Shown here: positions 38,421 to 50,205 of the stretch, one piece after another
Numbering within the stretch: the first letter of the stretch is position 1
Layout: every line of letters starts with the position of its first letter
Source of the DNA: Iphione sp. A-MEVVRFRX5
Lineage: Eukaryota
Reading direction: 5' to 3'
Length of the DNA stretch: 64,000 bases
Assembly (NCBI GenBank): GCA_976226885.1
Contig: OZ320316.1
Coordinates: forward strand, 86,490,001-86,554,000
Made by a program: the position numbers and the translations under genes
The notes under the pieces: model-generated
Told to the model about the DNA's origin: nothing
The model's database searches: none
The model's input: the letters and a program-made list of their open reading frames with translations, nothing else

Positions 38421-40916
38421 GGTGCCAATTAGGCTTCATCGACGATGGTTACGCAAACCAGGCTCTTGGCCCACAGTGAGCAGCGTTCTTAGTTTGTCAT
38501 AGCAACATGAAGGCTTTACCTGAGAATCAGACTCAAGTGTCCTTCAGCTTAGCATGCGAGAGAAATGTGTACGTTGGGCGGATGGCACTGACATTGTCGA
38601 CCAAACACGCTCTGTGCCTCATCTAGCCTCACTTTCCCTAAAGATTCCCACTTTATAGGATAGCTCTCATCACTGCTCATGGTATAGTACTGTGATAAAA
38701 TTAATCCAGATAGAGCTTCTACATACACCACTTTGAAGAGAACGAGAGAGACCCGCATACAACCATGTAATGACTGGAACAGTTAATGTGTACACGCGTT
38801 ACAAGGGCTGTTTCATATAGTCAATCGATATATTCATAGGTCAGTACATATGTGTGCGATATACTGACCCATTTGGCAAGTCAATTTTCAAAACACCAAA
38901 GAGTATGACCGGTAAACAAACTCCTGAAGGGACTCCGTTTAACGTGTCCTGCACGTCTGGCTTCTTGTTCTACTATGACACGGGTTGCGGAAAAATGAAG
39001 GCAGATTAAACCCCCGACTGAAAAAGAAAACTTTTAAATGTAGCTAAAATGTTGACAAAGTTAAGAGAATGGAAACAAGTACTATCTTCCTCAAAGAGAC
39101 TGACATGATATTTAAAACTAAGAAGGAGTGAAGCACACGGCAAGAATAATTCACTCGTCCTCAAGAGACCAGTATGAAAGGCAAGGGCTAAAGAGAAATG
39201 TATCGTTCTGCTTGGTGTTTAGTGATAGTGCTTTTAAAGTCAATTATTCTTGACGCTGAGACCTCGGATGACAGGTAATACCGGTAGAGGAAGCCTGAAA
39301 TAATAGCAAGCGTAGTACGGCTGCTTATGCTAAAAGAATGGTCGGAACAGTTCGTCGCCCTAAAGCAGGGATGGTCGACTCTACACGCGGACATGTTCAT
39401 CTTTATTCAAGTTAGTAAGGAGGTCAACATGTAATTTAGAAAACAATCTCTGATAAGGAGATTAGTTTTTGGTGTGAGCAGGCAGGGGAATTTGTGTCCC
39501 TATATGTAATGTAAAATATCTTGCATGGAAATATCATCTAGTATAAGTAATATACGTTCTTATTTTATAAATGTAGAGGTATCAATTTTATTTCTGAATA
39601 ATACAATCCTTTGTACCGAAATTACGTCGTTTGATCATGGGCGATTCTCCGTTTGGGCCAGTGCGATTGATTTAACTGCCTCAGCATTTCCTAAATTACT
39701 CAGTTACCCAGGACAACATGTAAAGACCAATCATTGAATTCCGTATCCACGTTTAGATTTGTTACATCGTTTCAATATCATTTGGCGTTCTATAATTAAA
39801 CATCGATTTTGTTTTAAAAAATATCTGATCATCAAAAAAGGTCGATTGAAGTATGAATAAAACCGCATCATTGAAATTTCCGTCTAGATGGTACATTATT
39901 ACTCGTACGGTAAATTCATCCTGTAAGTCGAACATAACTCCATGCCCATCATTGCTAGCATGGCATGCAACATAGGGGCGTATTTCACTGGGAGGTTGCC
40001 TTTGTCTGGGATCTGACAGCAGTGACGGTACACAAAGATAGAGCCACCGGCTGTTTTACCTGTACCATGCACACTGGGAACAGCTAGTCTCAGTAGACAT
40101 ACAGCTTGTGTAATGTTTTATTCTTTTTTTGCAATAGAAGTGGAAAATGACTGATGAGCCTTTTTTATTCCAGTAAAATTGAACCTTTAGATTGGTTCCA
40201 TATGCCCCCGGTTTATATCTACCATTTCAGAGTGGGACTAACCGCTGCTATATTAACATCTTCAGTGGAATTCTACTCCGAGTAAAGTTCCTGACGAATA
40301 CGACGCCTGTCTACGGGATATTAGAAATGAAACCTACATGGTGAATATTACAGTACCGGCAAACTTTTTGCGTGCTCCTGCGATTGACAGTAATCCTGCA
40401 CTCGTATCATCCTCACCTCCAAACCCTCATACATTACTGATATTAATGCTAACCGTTCAAAATACTTCTAAAACAACACACAGCAGTTATTCCAGTCACT
40501 TCATAGACCGTCCGACGAAATTCAATGTGAGACGTTTGAAAATAATAGGGATACAATCCATCATACTCCGTGGCCTCAGTAATCTTTCGACTGATACACA
40601 TAAATGTCCATGCCCATGCATTTGCGAATGCTTTTAGGAATTTCACATGTAAGTGACAAAATGTGAAGTGACATTTGTTGAGATCGAATCGTTTTAGTAC
40701 CCACGCGCATGTACCTGAAGGAAAGCTACCCGTGACCTTTCGAGCAACGGTTTTTTTGTAGTGACCATAGGTATAACCAGAAAATATGGTGGATTGACGA
40801 CCGGGGAAACAATGTCTTCCGACGCGAGAAGCTTTTATAGAATATCCCAGGAGCTCCATTTAACATTTTAAGTATTTCTTTTATCAAACCAGACCTACAT
40901 AAAAGTTACACAAGGT

Positions 40917-42378
40917 GTGAAAATTCTAATGTTAATGTTCGACCTCATACCCCCGGCCGTGGTCATCAGGCGACTGAAGGATGCAGGGGCTAGTCCATCG
41001 ATATGTCAACTGCTTCAAAGCTACTTCACCAACCGCCAACAATTTGTCAGGTGTCCAGGTTGTCAACTCTTGCCTCCAGGAGTTAAAGCAAGGTGTGCCC
41101 CAAGGCTTTGTGCTCAGGCCCCACACATTCAATCTTGTGATCAACATCATCATCAATGTACGTCTTGCTGAAAGAGGTAAAAACAATCTTGTACATGGAC
41201 AACCTGACTGTTGTGGTGGATGCTGGTGACCTGCTGATGTTAAGAGCCGCTGTCCATCATGCAGTCTGCATGGTGTCTGGGTGTGACAGGACAGGCTTGG
41301 TGTTAAGTGAGAAGAGGTGCAGCAACATGCCTGTAGGGAAAGCTGCAGGTATCCCTATGGACATCAAACTCAATGGCTGTGCTTTGGGCCTGGACACTGA
41401 AATGCGGTTACTGGGATATGTTATAGATACTCGGCTCAAGTTTAAAGAGAGTCTCAAAGATTTGAAGAGGAATTTATGGGCCACCTCCTTGAAGATTGGT
41501 AGGGTTGCCTGCCAGTGCTAGGGTCCTTTTAAGTTGCTTGTGCTGCCACATCTGTTCTACATGAAAGTGCTTTACTATGGTTGCACTGAGTCGGACATTT
41601 GCAACTTCCAAATTCACCTGAACAAATGCATCGAGATTGTGGTTCAGACCACTAGCTACCTGTCAACAAGGAAGATTGTCGAAAGGCTAGGTATTAAATG
41701 AGTTGGTGTCACAGTGGCACACAGAGGGCTATCTGCAATCCACCGGCAAATGCACCTAGGTCTGTTGCCACTGGCAAAATTCTTACAGACAAGAGAAGGC
41801 TCAATTTATTGAGCCAAAATGGACAAGCCTAGGAGGAGACAATTTGCGGTTTCCCTTAGATAGAGGGGTGGTGGCCACATGGAACCACCTACCACAAGAC
41901 TTTCCAAATTTTCAGGCATGGGGTGAAAGGCAACCCATGTGGCAATGTGCATCTGTAGCAGAACGAAGGGACCATGATGGTGCCCTCATTCCTTAGTCTG
42001 CAATCATGGCTTCTCATCATATAATATGTGCATGTAGCACAAATAGAAAGTGGGGAGGGGAGTTGTAGCAGATTGCTCATATGGCTTACTTCCTTGCCAG
42101 CTTCCCTCACATGTAATAAATGCTAGGTGGCAGCGGGCCTGGCTGGCTGGTAGGATAAGGTAAAAATTACCAGGCCGTGATGTAAGTCAGGAGATGGCTG
42201 GTCATCCTCTAATAGCCTATTATTTTTATAAACCGACTTAGTTAATATGCCTACATATCTAACTACTGTGCAATAGGTTGTAAGTTGTCTAGCAATTAGC
42301 AGGAGCACATAAAATACTGTTTTCAGTGGCAAGAAGTCTTAAGCTCAGTTCACCTATGGACATTATTATCTTATCTAC
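40917..42378 (+). mobile_element. Decayed CR1/L2-type LINE RT and 3' end in intron 1
   Basis: LQSYFTNRQQFV, GVPQGFVLRPHTFNLVIN, LYMDN (YADD position), IKLNG...RLLGYVIDTRLKF and LVLPHL. Ends in ...GGACATTATTATCTTATCT, the same tail type as the LINE at 20881-21780. Confidence 0.8.
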
Positions 42379-43299
42379 CTCCAATGGGAGAGACACTATA
42401 ATGCATGTGACTCACGCAAAGCAGATCAATGGCTAATGGCTGCACCTGCTGTGTTGTGTGTAGTGGACCTTATTAAACAACTCATGACTTGCTCATTTCA
42501 GCGCATATATGTACTGTGTTTAGAATGCTCTAGGCTGCACTATCTAGAACAAGTCAATATGATAGCTAGTATCATACTCAGCACAGGTTGCTTCTGTTCA
42601 ATTTGGAATTGTTCTGTTAATTATGAAATGCTCGAGAAATATTTTTCTAACGATTCAGTTCAAATCTAATGAACATACATGCCGTTTGGTTGCCAACACC
42701 CCGGACCCTCGCCATTGCGTTTCCACAAAAAATCCTTACCATTAGATGCCTTCATTACTCCATACACTGGCTTTAAAATAAAAATGGGTACAAAGTGAGA
42801 AATCAGAGAAATAAACAGATAAAATGTAGTCCTTCTTATTCCTTTTCCTAACCATATTCATGTACATGTACCTATCTCTATCCATAACACTACGAGTAGC
42901 CTATCCCTATTGTTAACACCTCAATGGCATTAAGGTACAGAGAGAGTAAGGGTGCGTAGGGGCATTGCCAATGCCAAAGAAGCAGTTTGCTCCCTTTTCA
43001 TTCGTAGCTCTGCCAAGCCAAACATACTCTGATTTATACGTAAGAGTGCATCATGGGTTCTTTGTACTGGGTTCCTGACCTGTTTTGTTATGCAGAGTTG
43101 TCTTTGCTTTGTCAGGCGTATTGCCTTATTTCGGTGGTTGTCCCTGATCTCAAGTTTGTATTATATCATTTATCGTTTCTAGTACAACTTGGATGTTCTC
43201 TGGGTCTCTGGATAAACAAGCGCTACGATATTTCGGACGGACTGTGAGCTTGGTACGTTTCAGACCCTGTGCGATCAGTGTTCGTTATTCACCAAGGGA

Positions 43300-44700
43300 G
43301 GTTGTGTGAGCGTGTACCCCAGATTTAAGTCCTGCAGTATCACTTAACATGGGTTAAACAGTTCATTCAAGATAGAACCTGTGTTCAAAGATGACAGGCA
43401 TCCATTAATATGGTAATGGTTGGTTTACGGTCATGCTTCGAATAGTATACAGAGAAACATTATTTCTTCGAGTTTGAACCCGTGTGAGTGTATTGGTGGT
43501 TAAACGCGGAAGATGGGTCAGCCAGGGTAAAGCTGGTCGGAGATTAAGTTACTCGGATTATAATGCCATTCATGAAACTCGATTCCCTAAGTTCTAAGCC
43601 ATATAATTATATCGAGCCTTCCTACAGCAGTTCCTAAGCATCCATTCACTGGCTGGATCTTGAACTTGCTATCTGTGAAAGACGTTGTGCAAGTGAAGTA
43701 TTGAAAGGATAGTAATTAATCATAGACGTTTTTGTCATTTGCTACTGAAGGAATAACAAGAAATTTTAACTGTTGCCGTGTGTCAAAGACCACAGAGGGA
43801 GAAGGTCATGGTTGTGATGAGCTGTTCTATAGCTTAAAGCCGAGCAGCCAGCAGTTATGGCCGAGCATATCAAGGCCAGCGGAGATTCGCCGACCGGAGC
43901 AGGTAAATGCCAAAAGCTTGCAGGCCAATATACCAATGTAAGCCGGCGGGACATATGGGGACTAGCAACTACCTTCCAATTATAGATTAGCATATCTCAC
44001 CGGCTGAAGGAAATGCACCAATGCTTGCAGAGCATATTGGAGTATTCTTTTTGTCGATAACTCTTGCAATAGTAGCATATGTCATGCTGCCTGACCAACA
44101 ACAGGCCAGGGAAATAAGCAGTGTCCCCAGATGCATAATCCTTGTGATAAAGGGGAGAGTCAACTTAAATTCAGGATGAACCTTCCACCCTAACAATGAA
44201 CGCTGTGAAACTAAAAAAACCACCCATAGACAATGTCAACAAAGGGCCGCCAAGACAGCGAGATGATATTTACATGTAATGCAGGTTGGTGCATCGATCC
44301 TTGCATGAAAACAAAAGCGGCGACGGGGAATATGAAAGAAAAGACATGGTATGGATTGGGATGAAAGAGTACACCAGTCATGCACACAGCGAATTGGGAA
44401 TGGCCGGGGGCTACTGCCGTGACCTCCGCGTCTCGCTCGGTTTCCTTATGTCAAAAAGGAATGATAACTTTCTACCTTTGATCGCATGGGATACATGTCA
44501 TGTCTCCTCAGTCAAGAGAAGGAGAATTCATCCCCGGCGTTTATGCGAAGATCCCAGCCTGCGCCATACAAATGAAAAAAATATGATACAGCTAAAAGGT
44601 ATACGACACCATAGTTTGAGGAATCACGCAGATTGGCTCGACTCATGAATATGATCGCCAGGTAAGGATAACGTTATTTACATGACCTTCTCGGAGTCGA
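43300..44700 (-). mobile_element. Ancient DIRS-like RT / RNase H / methyltransferase relic, antisense in intron 1
   Basis: In order on the minus strand: LGWKVHPEFKLTLPFITRIMHLGTLLIS (cf. LGxxVNxxKSxLxPxxxIxFLGxxID), WSLTHGNS*NFL (cf. WS...HINFLE), IRVT*SPTSFTLADPSSA (cf. NxxADxLSR), RNNVSLYTIRS and MDA. Confidence 0.45.
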
Positions 44701-45411
44701 GGCTTGAAGGTTGTATTAAATGTCTCAGGCAAGAAGGGTGTTTTCCTGCAGCATTTAGACAGGTGCAATAACATTCAAGATTATATATATTCATTCACAT
44801 AATTGACTCTGGTGAAAATACATGTAACTGATATAGACAAAGCAATTATCTGCCATCTATTGTTACAAGCGGTGTTACAGTAGCAGGCCTTGGCAATGCC
44901 ATAGCTGGCGTATGAATGTATTCCTCATTGTGATATACTTCATTAGTCTATTATGCAACATGTAATTTCTTCTAGCGCTTTCTCACTTCAGTCTAAGAAG
45001 GGAGGAAACCCAATGTCAAACAGGGGTATATTAAAAGACGAACAATTTAACACCGTCCTTACAGCCTATTGACATTATCTATGCCGGGGACTAACCTTTT
45101 TATTATTTCTCGGGTGAGTGTCTTCCAACTCCGAGCTTCATTAAACCCATATCCTAAGAATTTACATTCACTTTGTTTTATAAAACAGTGACTAATATGA
45201 GTAACTTGAATAATACATGTGCATACAATGTGTGTTATAATTCCTATAAACAGACGTTTGTTATATTCCGAATTTCTCTTACATTTAGAATCTCTATGAT
45301 TAATCTATGCGGCTGCACAAAATATGGTGGTTTCCAAGGTTGTGAATTCATATGTTCATTAGGTAGATCATCAATGATGGAATGACAGAAATTTGACAAA
45401 AAAAGCAATAA

Positions 45412-45815
45412 TTACAGTGAAATATACTGTTCCAGACACAGGATGGACTTTGCCACACCATTCTGGATAGCGCGATGTCTGGAATAGCCGAAATCAGTTA
45501 GAAACAGGATGCATCTGTTTAGAAATGTGTACCATACATCTTCCACATATGAAAGGCAGAACCATACAGACAGCCAAACTGCATGCAAAACTCTTCCATT
45601 GTCTGGGGCGTTCAAAGAGAACGTGTGGCATGGTCTCCCTGTCATTCGTCACACATTGACTCCTGTTGGGGTGTTCAAAGAGGAGGTACGACATGGTTTA
45701 CCTGCCTGGCCCACACATGTGCTCTCTCCCATTGTTTCGTGTGTTCACTGAGGAAGTGGGAGACATGGTCCTCCTGTCTTTCCTTGTAAACACGTTTGTC
45801 CTCTCCCTCATTGTA
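45412..45815 (-). repeat. Three 63-70-bp tandem units resembling a LINE C-terminal zinc knuckle
   Basis: TTCA(AA/CT)GAG cores at 45611, 45674 and 45744. On the minus strand the units read NDRETMPHVLFERP, GR*TMSYLLFEHP and, after a frameshift, HVSHFLSEHT (cf. ETxxHxLFECP). Confidence 0.45.
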
Positions 45816-46569
45816 TAGACTGTAAAGCGTGTGAGACAGCAAAACCAGAGTCCGGAATTGAGTGTCTGCAATACATGAGCATCCAGATTACCTAGTTTTC
45901 TTTAAACTCTTAATAGAGAGAACATTTTGGTTCTTGCCAGAATCCTTCCAAAATCCACAATGTCTGGTATATCCAGCCGTCTGGAATATGAGTTTCCCCT
46001 GTATTTATTGATATATTTCACATGTTCTGTATTTAGCAGAATGTAATCACGACCGACTGGGTTATTATACCAACTAGGAACATCATACTGAAATATGGAC
46101 GACAGATGGCTTACACACGTGTACGCATTCATCTTTTACAACTTGCCTGTGCACTCAGAATACCTCAGAGCATGTTAAAAGATCTCTTATTGACCTCCAT
46201 GAAGCTATTTAGACCCTGTATCTCCCTGCCATGTTCAGTGTTCTTTGAACTGGATGTTCACACCGGAGCACGGGTTTTCGAAACGGTGCTATACCATCCA
46301 TTGTGTGCTCTTGACACCTGAGACTTGACATTTGACAGGAATTCATCGTTTTGGACCTGATTGATAAGTCCTTCCTATCCCCAGACTATTCTTCATAGCC
46401 AGGCGTTCCGCTTTAGTGGGCATCTTATGTTTGGGTAAAGACTTGAAAAGATAATGAAGATTAGTCATTTTGCAGGAATGACGAATCTCCTAGAGAGATG
46501 TCAACACGTCTCCAGATCAATTGATCATACAAGTAGAGACATCATTTCAGCATGACAATACTATGCTAA

Positions 46570-46715
46570 CAGTCCTTTGACTGTAGGCATATGGTACTCA
46601 TCATCTTCAATACAACAGAGCAAATGACTGATGAGTCTTTTCTTGTGCTGGGCTTTGAATGATTCCTGTAATAACCCTGTCCAGCTATGGTACGTAACAT
46701 GAGGCTGTGGCTTGT
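46570..46715 (-). pseudogene. LINE ORF2 C-terminal relic (tentative)
   Basis: SHSLM followed, after a frameshift, by CIEDDEYHM (cf. SHxLxIETGR...C...IEDExH). Confidence 0.3.
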
Positions 46716-47998
46716 AGCTAGTAGCTAGTCAGATATCTTCACTAGGTGTTGATTCAGCAGCTAAATGCTACAAGTCCGCCTCCTCATAACAGAGGCACAC
46801 TCGGCATAGTCCAGATGACATCGAAGCTTTTTTTTGTTACTGCAGTTATCCGGACACGAGGAAGATGTTGTGCCACCTTCGTCTGCCATCTTTCCTTATG
46901 GCAAAGGGTCTGATCTTCTGGGATCCCGCGGAGTTGCTACTACAGCTCTACTATTGTTGTAATGATAAATGATCTCCAAACAGTCGTGGTAGAGACAACA
47001 TAACTCATGTATGCCCATGATGCGGTATTGGTTATGAGAAGTGCAGCACCACTAGACATGACCTTGAGTATACAAAGAGCTGTAATGATTATCAGGTATC
47101 TACTCTTCCAGCAAATCTGAAAATGTAAATACCCTTTCATGATCACAAGTTACATTGAATATTGAAATAGGGATCCTTTACAAGTATTTTGGAATTTCTT
47201 TACTCAGTGGCCTTTCAATGATGCACACTAATACAGGCCTCTATAAATGTTCTCCCAAACTAAATTATGCTGAATAGAGATTCTAAATTTTGCAGCAAAC
47301 CTACATACTATTCGTAAATCAATACCATGTTTCATTATATTTAGTAATTTGCGTTATGTGTACCAGTTCTTGATATTATGTCTGTATATAATTTACGCAT
47401 ATCATCACTTTTCTTGTATATAGAACACCCTTTAAGTCTATATATCGTTTTTAGCCCTGGCATCATTGAACTGCTAGGTCAAATAATAAAAATAAAATTT
47501 CAAAAAAATACGTCGACATTCTCGAAAAGTTTTGATCGAATACTGGAACTGAAATAAAACACAACAAAGTATATCTTGGATTAAATAAGGTTAATTTTAA
47601 TGATTTGTGAACCGGCAAGGAAGCCGGCAACTTTGCTGTATGCACAAAAATATGCTTGACCATCTCTATGAAACCCTAACCAAAATGTGGTCACTAAAAC
47701 TTAACGGAGAGGGAAGCTTTGTGCTGATAGACTGAGAAACGAATGAAAGGAAGTGTATTTTTAAGAAATAAGGTCCAATTTTGCATGCATACATGTACAT
47801 CGTGCGGAAGACAAACTGGCACACAAGGAAGGTAGCGCTAAGGCAAATATATTTATTGACCTTTACCCATGTATGCTGATGGGTTAACTGCAAAGAAAAC
47901 AAGAACAATATATTTCACAAAATGGACTTCTACTCAACTAGGAGACTCCAGCTTCCAAGTACATTGCCCCACCTTCCCAGCTGATCAAAGTTCAGCTT

Positions 47999-48335
47999 AG
48001 GCCAAAAAAATATAGGTGTATTTCTGGTAACGACCACCCAAAAACCTAGGTAGGGAGGGGGGGTATCTTTTTTTTCTTTAAATTTTCTTTTCACTCTCTG
48101 GTTTTCAATAATAATAAAGATAATATGAAGAAATTTGACCAATTTACAGTTTTTGCTGAATTTCCATGGATTTTGTTGTTTTTCTACTGGATTTACCAAA
48201 AACATGTACTGTGAAAACACATATCTAAGAAAATTCAGCCTTGGAAACTCTTCGGGACCACAAATTTTTAGGTAGGGTGAGGTTTTGCTAGGTAGGGGTG
48301 GGTTATCAGAAACACACATATTGTTTTTTTGGCCT
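47999..48335. mobile_element. Kolobok-like MITE
   Basis: Left end AGGCCAAAAAAATATAGGTGTATTTCTGGTAACGACCACCC. Right end reverse complement AGGCCAAAAAAACAATATGTGTGTTTCTGATAACCCACCC. Flanks are TTA-like, and there are subterminal GGTAGGG motifs. Confidence 0.6.
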
Positions 48336-48907
48336 TATACATGCACATGTATAGCAAATTGGAGACCACTTTATAATTCCATGTAAGCTAATATCATGAC
48401 ATATTACCTTCTTTCAACCAATCGAATTATGCCTTTCTAACACCACTGCACTAGGTCGTGCAGTTGTCAGTGTTGTAGCCTTGGCATCAGTTAATACAGA
48501 TCGGCATCCTTTTATGTGCAAGTAGTATAAGGAAGACGAATCTCCTTAAGCGCTGTAGAAACAAAAACATTGCGCGGATATATGTTACTTATGACACCTG
48601 TTTAAGGTTTACTTAATAAAAGTCTAAAAAGAAAGCGTATGTCTGTTGTTGTCCTTTCTGCCAAACGTTCTACATGATGCATCCTATTTCACTCAATTCA
48701 GCACGTCCCTGTAGGTTCCTGTTTGGAGGAAAACCTTTCCCTCTTGAAAGGTAGTACCTCTGACCGGGGATTACCAATAGGGGGCTTGCCAGAGCTTGTG
48801 TAATTCTAGTATTGACTGATCTGAGTAATTAATGGCAACGACGATTGCATTAAAAACTGATGGATCGTTCTCACGACCTTCTTCTTTTTTCACTCCTACC
48901 CAACCAG

Positions 48908-49213
48908 GTGCGGGGGGCCAGATGGAGGCGTCGAGTAAGGAGTACTGCCAGTGGGAGACATTAAACGCCACCTGCGGGCGTGACGAGGTGGTGGTGATGC
49001 AGAGCGCACGCTATGGCCGAATGCGGCTCGGCCGCTGCCTGGTCACTGACGTGTCCATAGGTTGTGGCTCGGACGTGCTGCTCACTGTGGATGCGAGGTG
49101 CTCAGGCCGTCACCACTGCAGCATCAACCTGCCCGACGCCGACCTCCATCGCCAGCAGTCATGCCCTAAAGATATGGTCGCCTACCTGGAAGCCTCCTAC
49201 ACCTGTCTGAAAG
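48908..49213 (+). CDS. Exon 2: SUEL/Gal_Lectin (rhamnose/galactose-binding-type) domain
   Basis: Polypyrimidine tract ending CAG at 48907, donor G|GTAAGC at 49214. Translation EYCQWETLNATC...ARYGRMRLGRC...GC...ARCSGRHHC...SCP...YLEASYTC has 8 Cys and the YGR motif. Confidence 0.92.
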
Positions 49214-49758
49214 GTAAGCGAACCGCAAACACCTCTCATCCCCGTCCCTGAAGTCCCACCTGCCCTCGTGCAACTACCGGCGCTGCACGCGCTGGATAAG
49301 ACCATCGCGTGATCTGCTCCGTCCGGATTAATCAAACGATGGGAGCGGCTCATTCCCGCCCCCCAATAAATCTTCCTGGGAGGCAGCTTTGATTTTTAAT
49401 GATACGCGTCTCCTACTGTGAAGCGCGCTCATTGACACATTTAAGGGCCAGGCATTGCGACTGAGGTGGGGTCATGAAAAAAGGTTACAGTTTGTATTTG
49501 TTTTTATTCCTTTGAAGGTCAAACCTGATAAGGACGCTTTGTCCAATGCGATCAAGGATAATTGACGAGGTTTGAAGGGAATTTTTTATGCTTCGTGACA
49601 TATTCACTTACACAGTACCTTCCCTGAATACGTATTCGGTTTTGACTTGACTAGATTTTTTTTAGTTCTTGTCTAAATAACTGTTATCGAAACGAAAGAG
49701 GAAATAATTGAAAAGTTACAGCTTTTTAGTTCTTTCACAGAGTTTTTTGTTTTTACAG

Positions 49759-50205
49759 TGTCGGGGGCTGACGTCAGTCCTTGCTCCACAGGGCCTGAGT
49801 CGGAACTCCACGGTCCCTCCGGCTATCTGGCTAGCATTGTCACGGAGACCACGCTGCGCGGCGCGACCACCTGTCCGTGGAAGATCCGCGCCGCACCTGG
49901 CCAGCGGATCAACCTAACATTGTTTGATTTCACGGGGGCGACCGACCAACAAGCTCCTACCGACCCCGCCACCGCCGACGGCGGGCGCGCCGGCACTGAC
50001 GGCGAGGCGCACCAAGGTGCGGGCGGCAGGTACTGCCAGGTGTACGCCATTATAAAAGAGGCCAATAACGAGCGAGAGACGGCCGTGTGCGGTGGGTCGC
50101 AGCGGGAGCGCGGCGTCTACACGTCCACAGGCAATGCGGTCGATGTCGCCATTACAGGGCTCAGCATGCCCGAACAACAGGTGTACTTCGTTCTCAAGTA
50201 TGAAG
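49759..50205 (+). CDS. Exon 3: CUB-like domain
   Basis: Acceptor TTTTACAG at 49758, donor G|GTGTGT at 50206. Translation C...LHGPSGYLAS...CPWKIRAAPGQRINLTLFDF...YCQVYAIIKE...VCGG...YTSTGNAVDV...YFVLKYE. Confidence 0.92.

Noticed and set aside
40449-40859. 136-aa minus-strand ORF with GRQST and FLKAF echoes of RT
   Set aside because: Motif spacing does not fit RT, and no other motifs follow.
48832-48907. ORF-track start MATTIALK... for the lectin ORF
   Set aside because: This is intronic read-through upstream of a clear polypyrimidine-AG acceptor at 48907, and it has no signal peptide.
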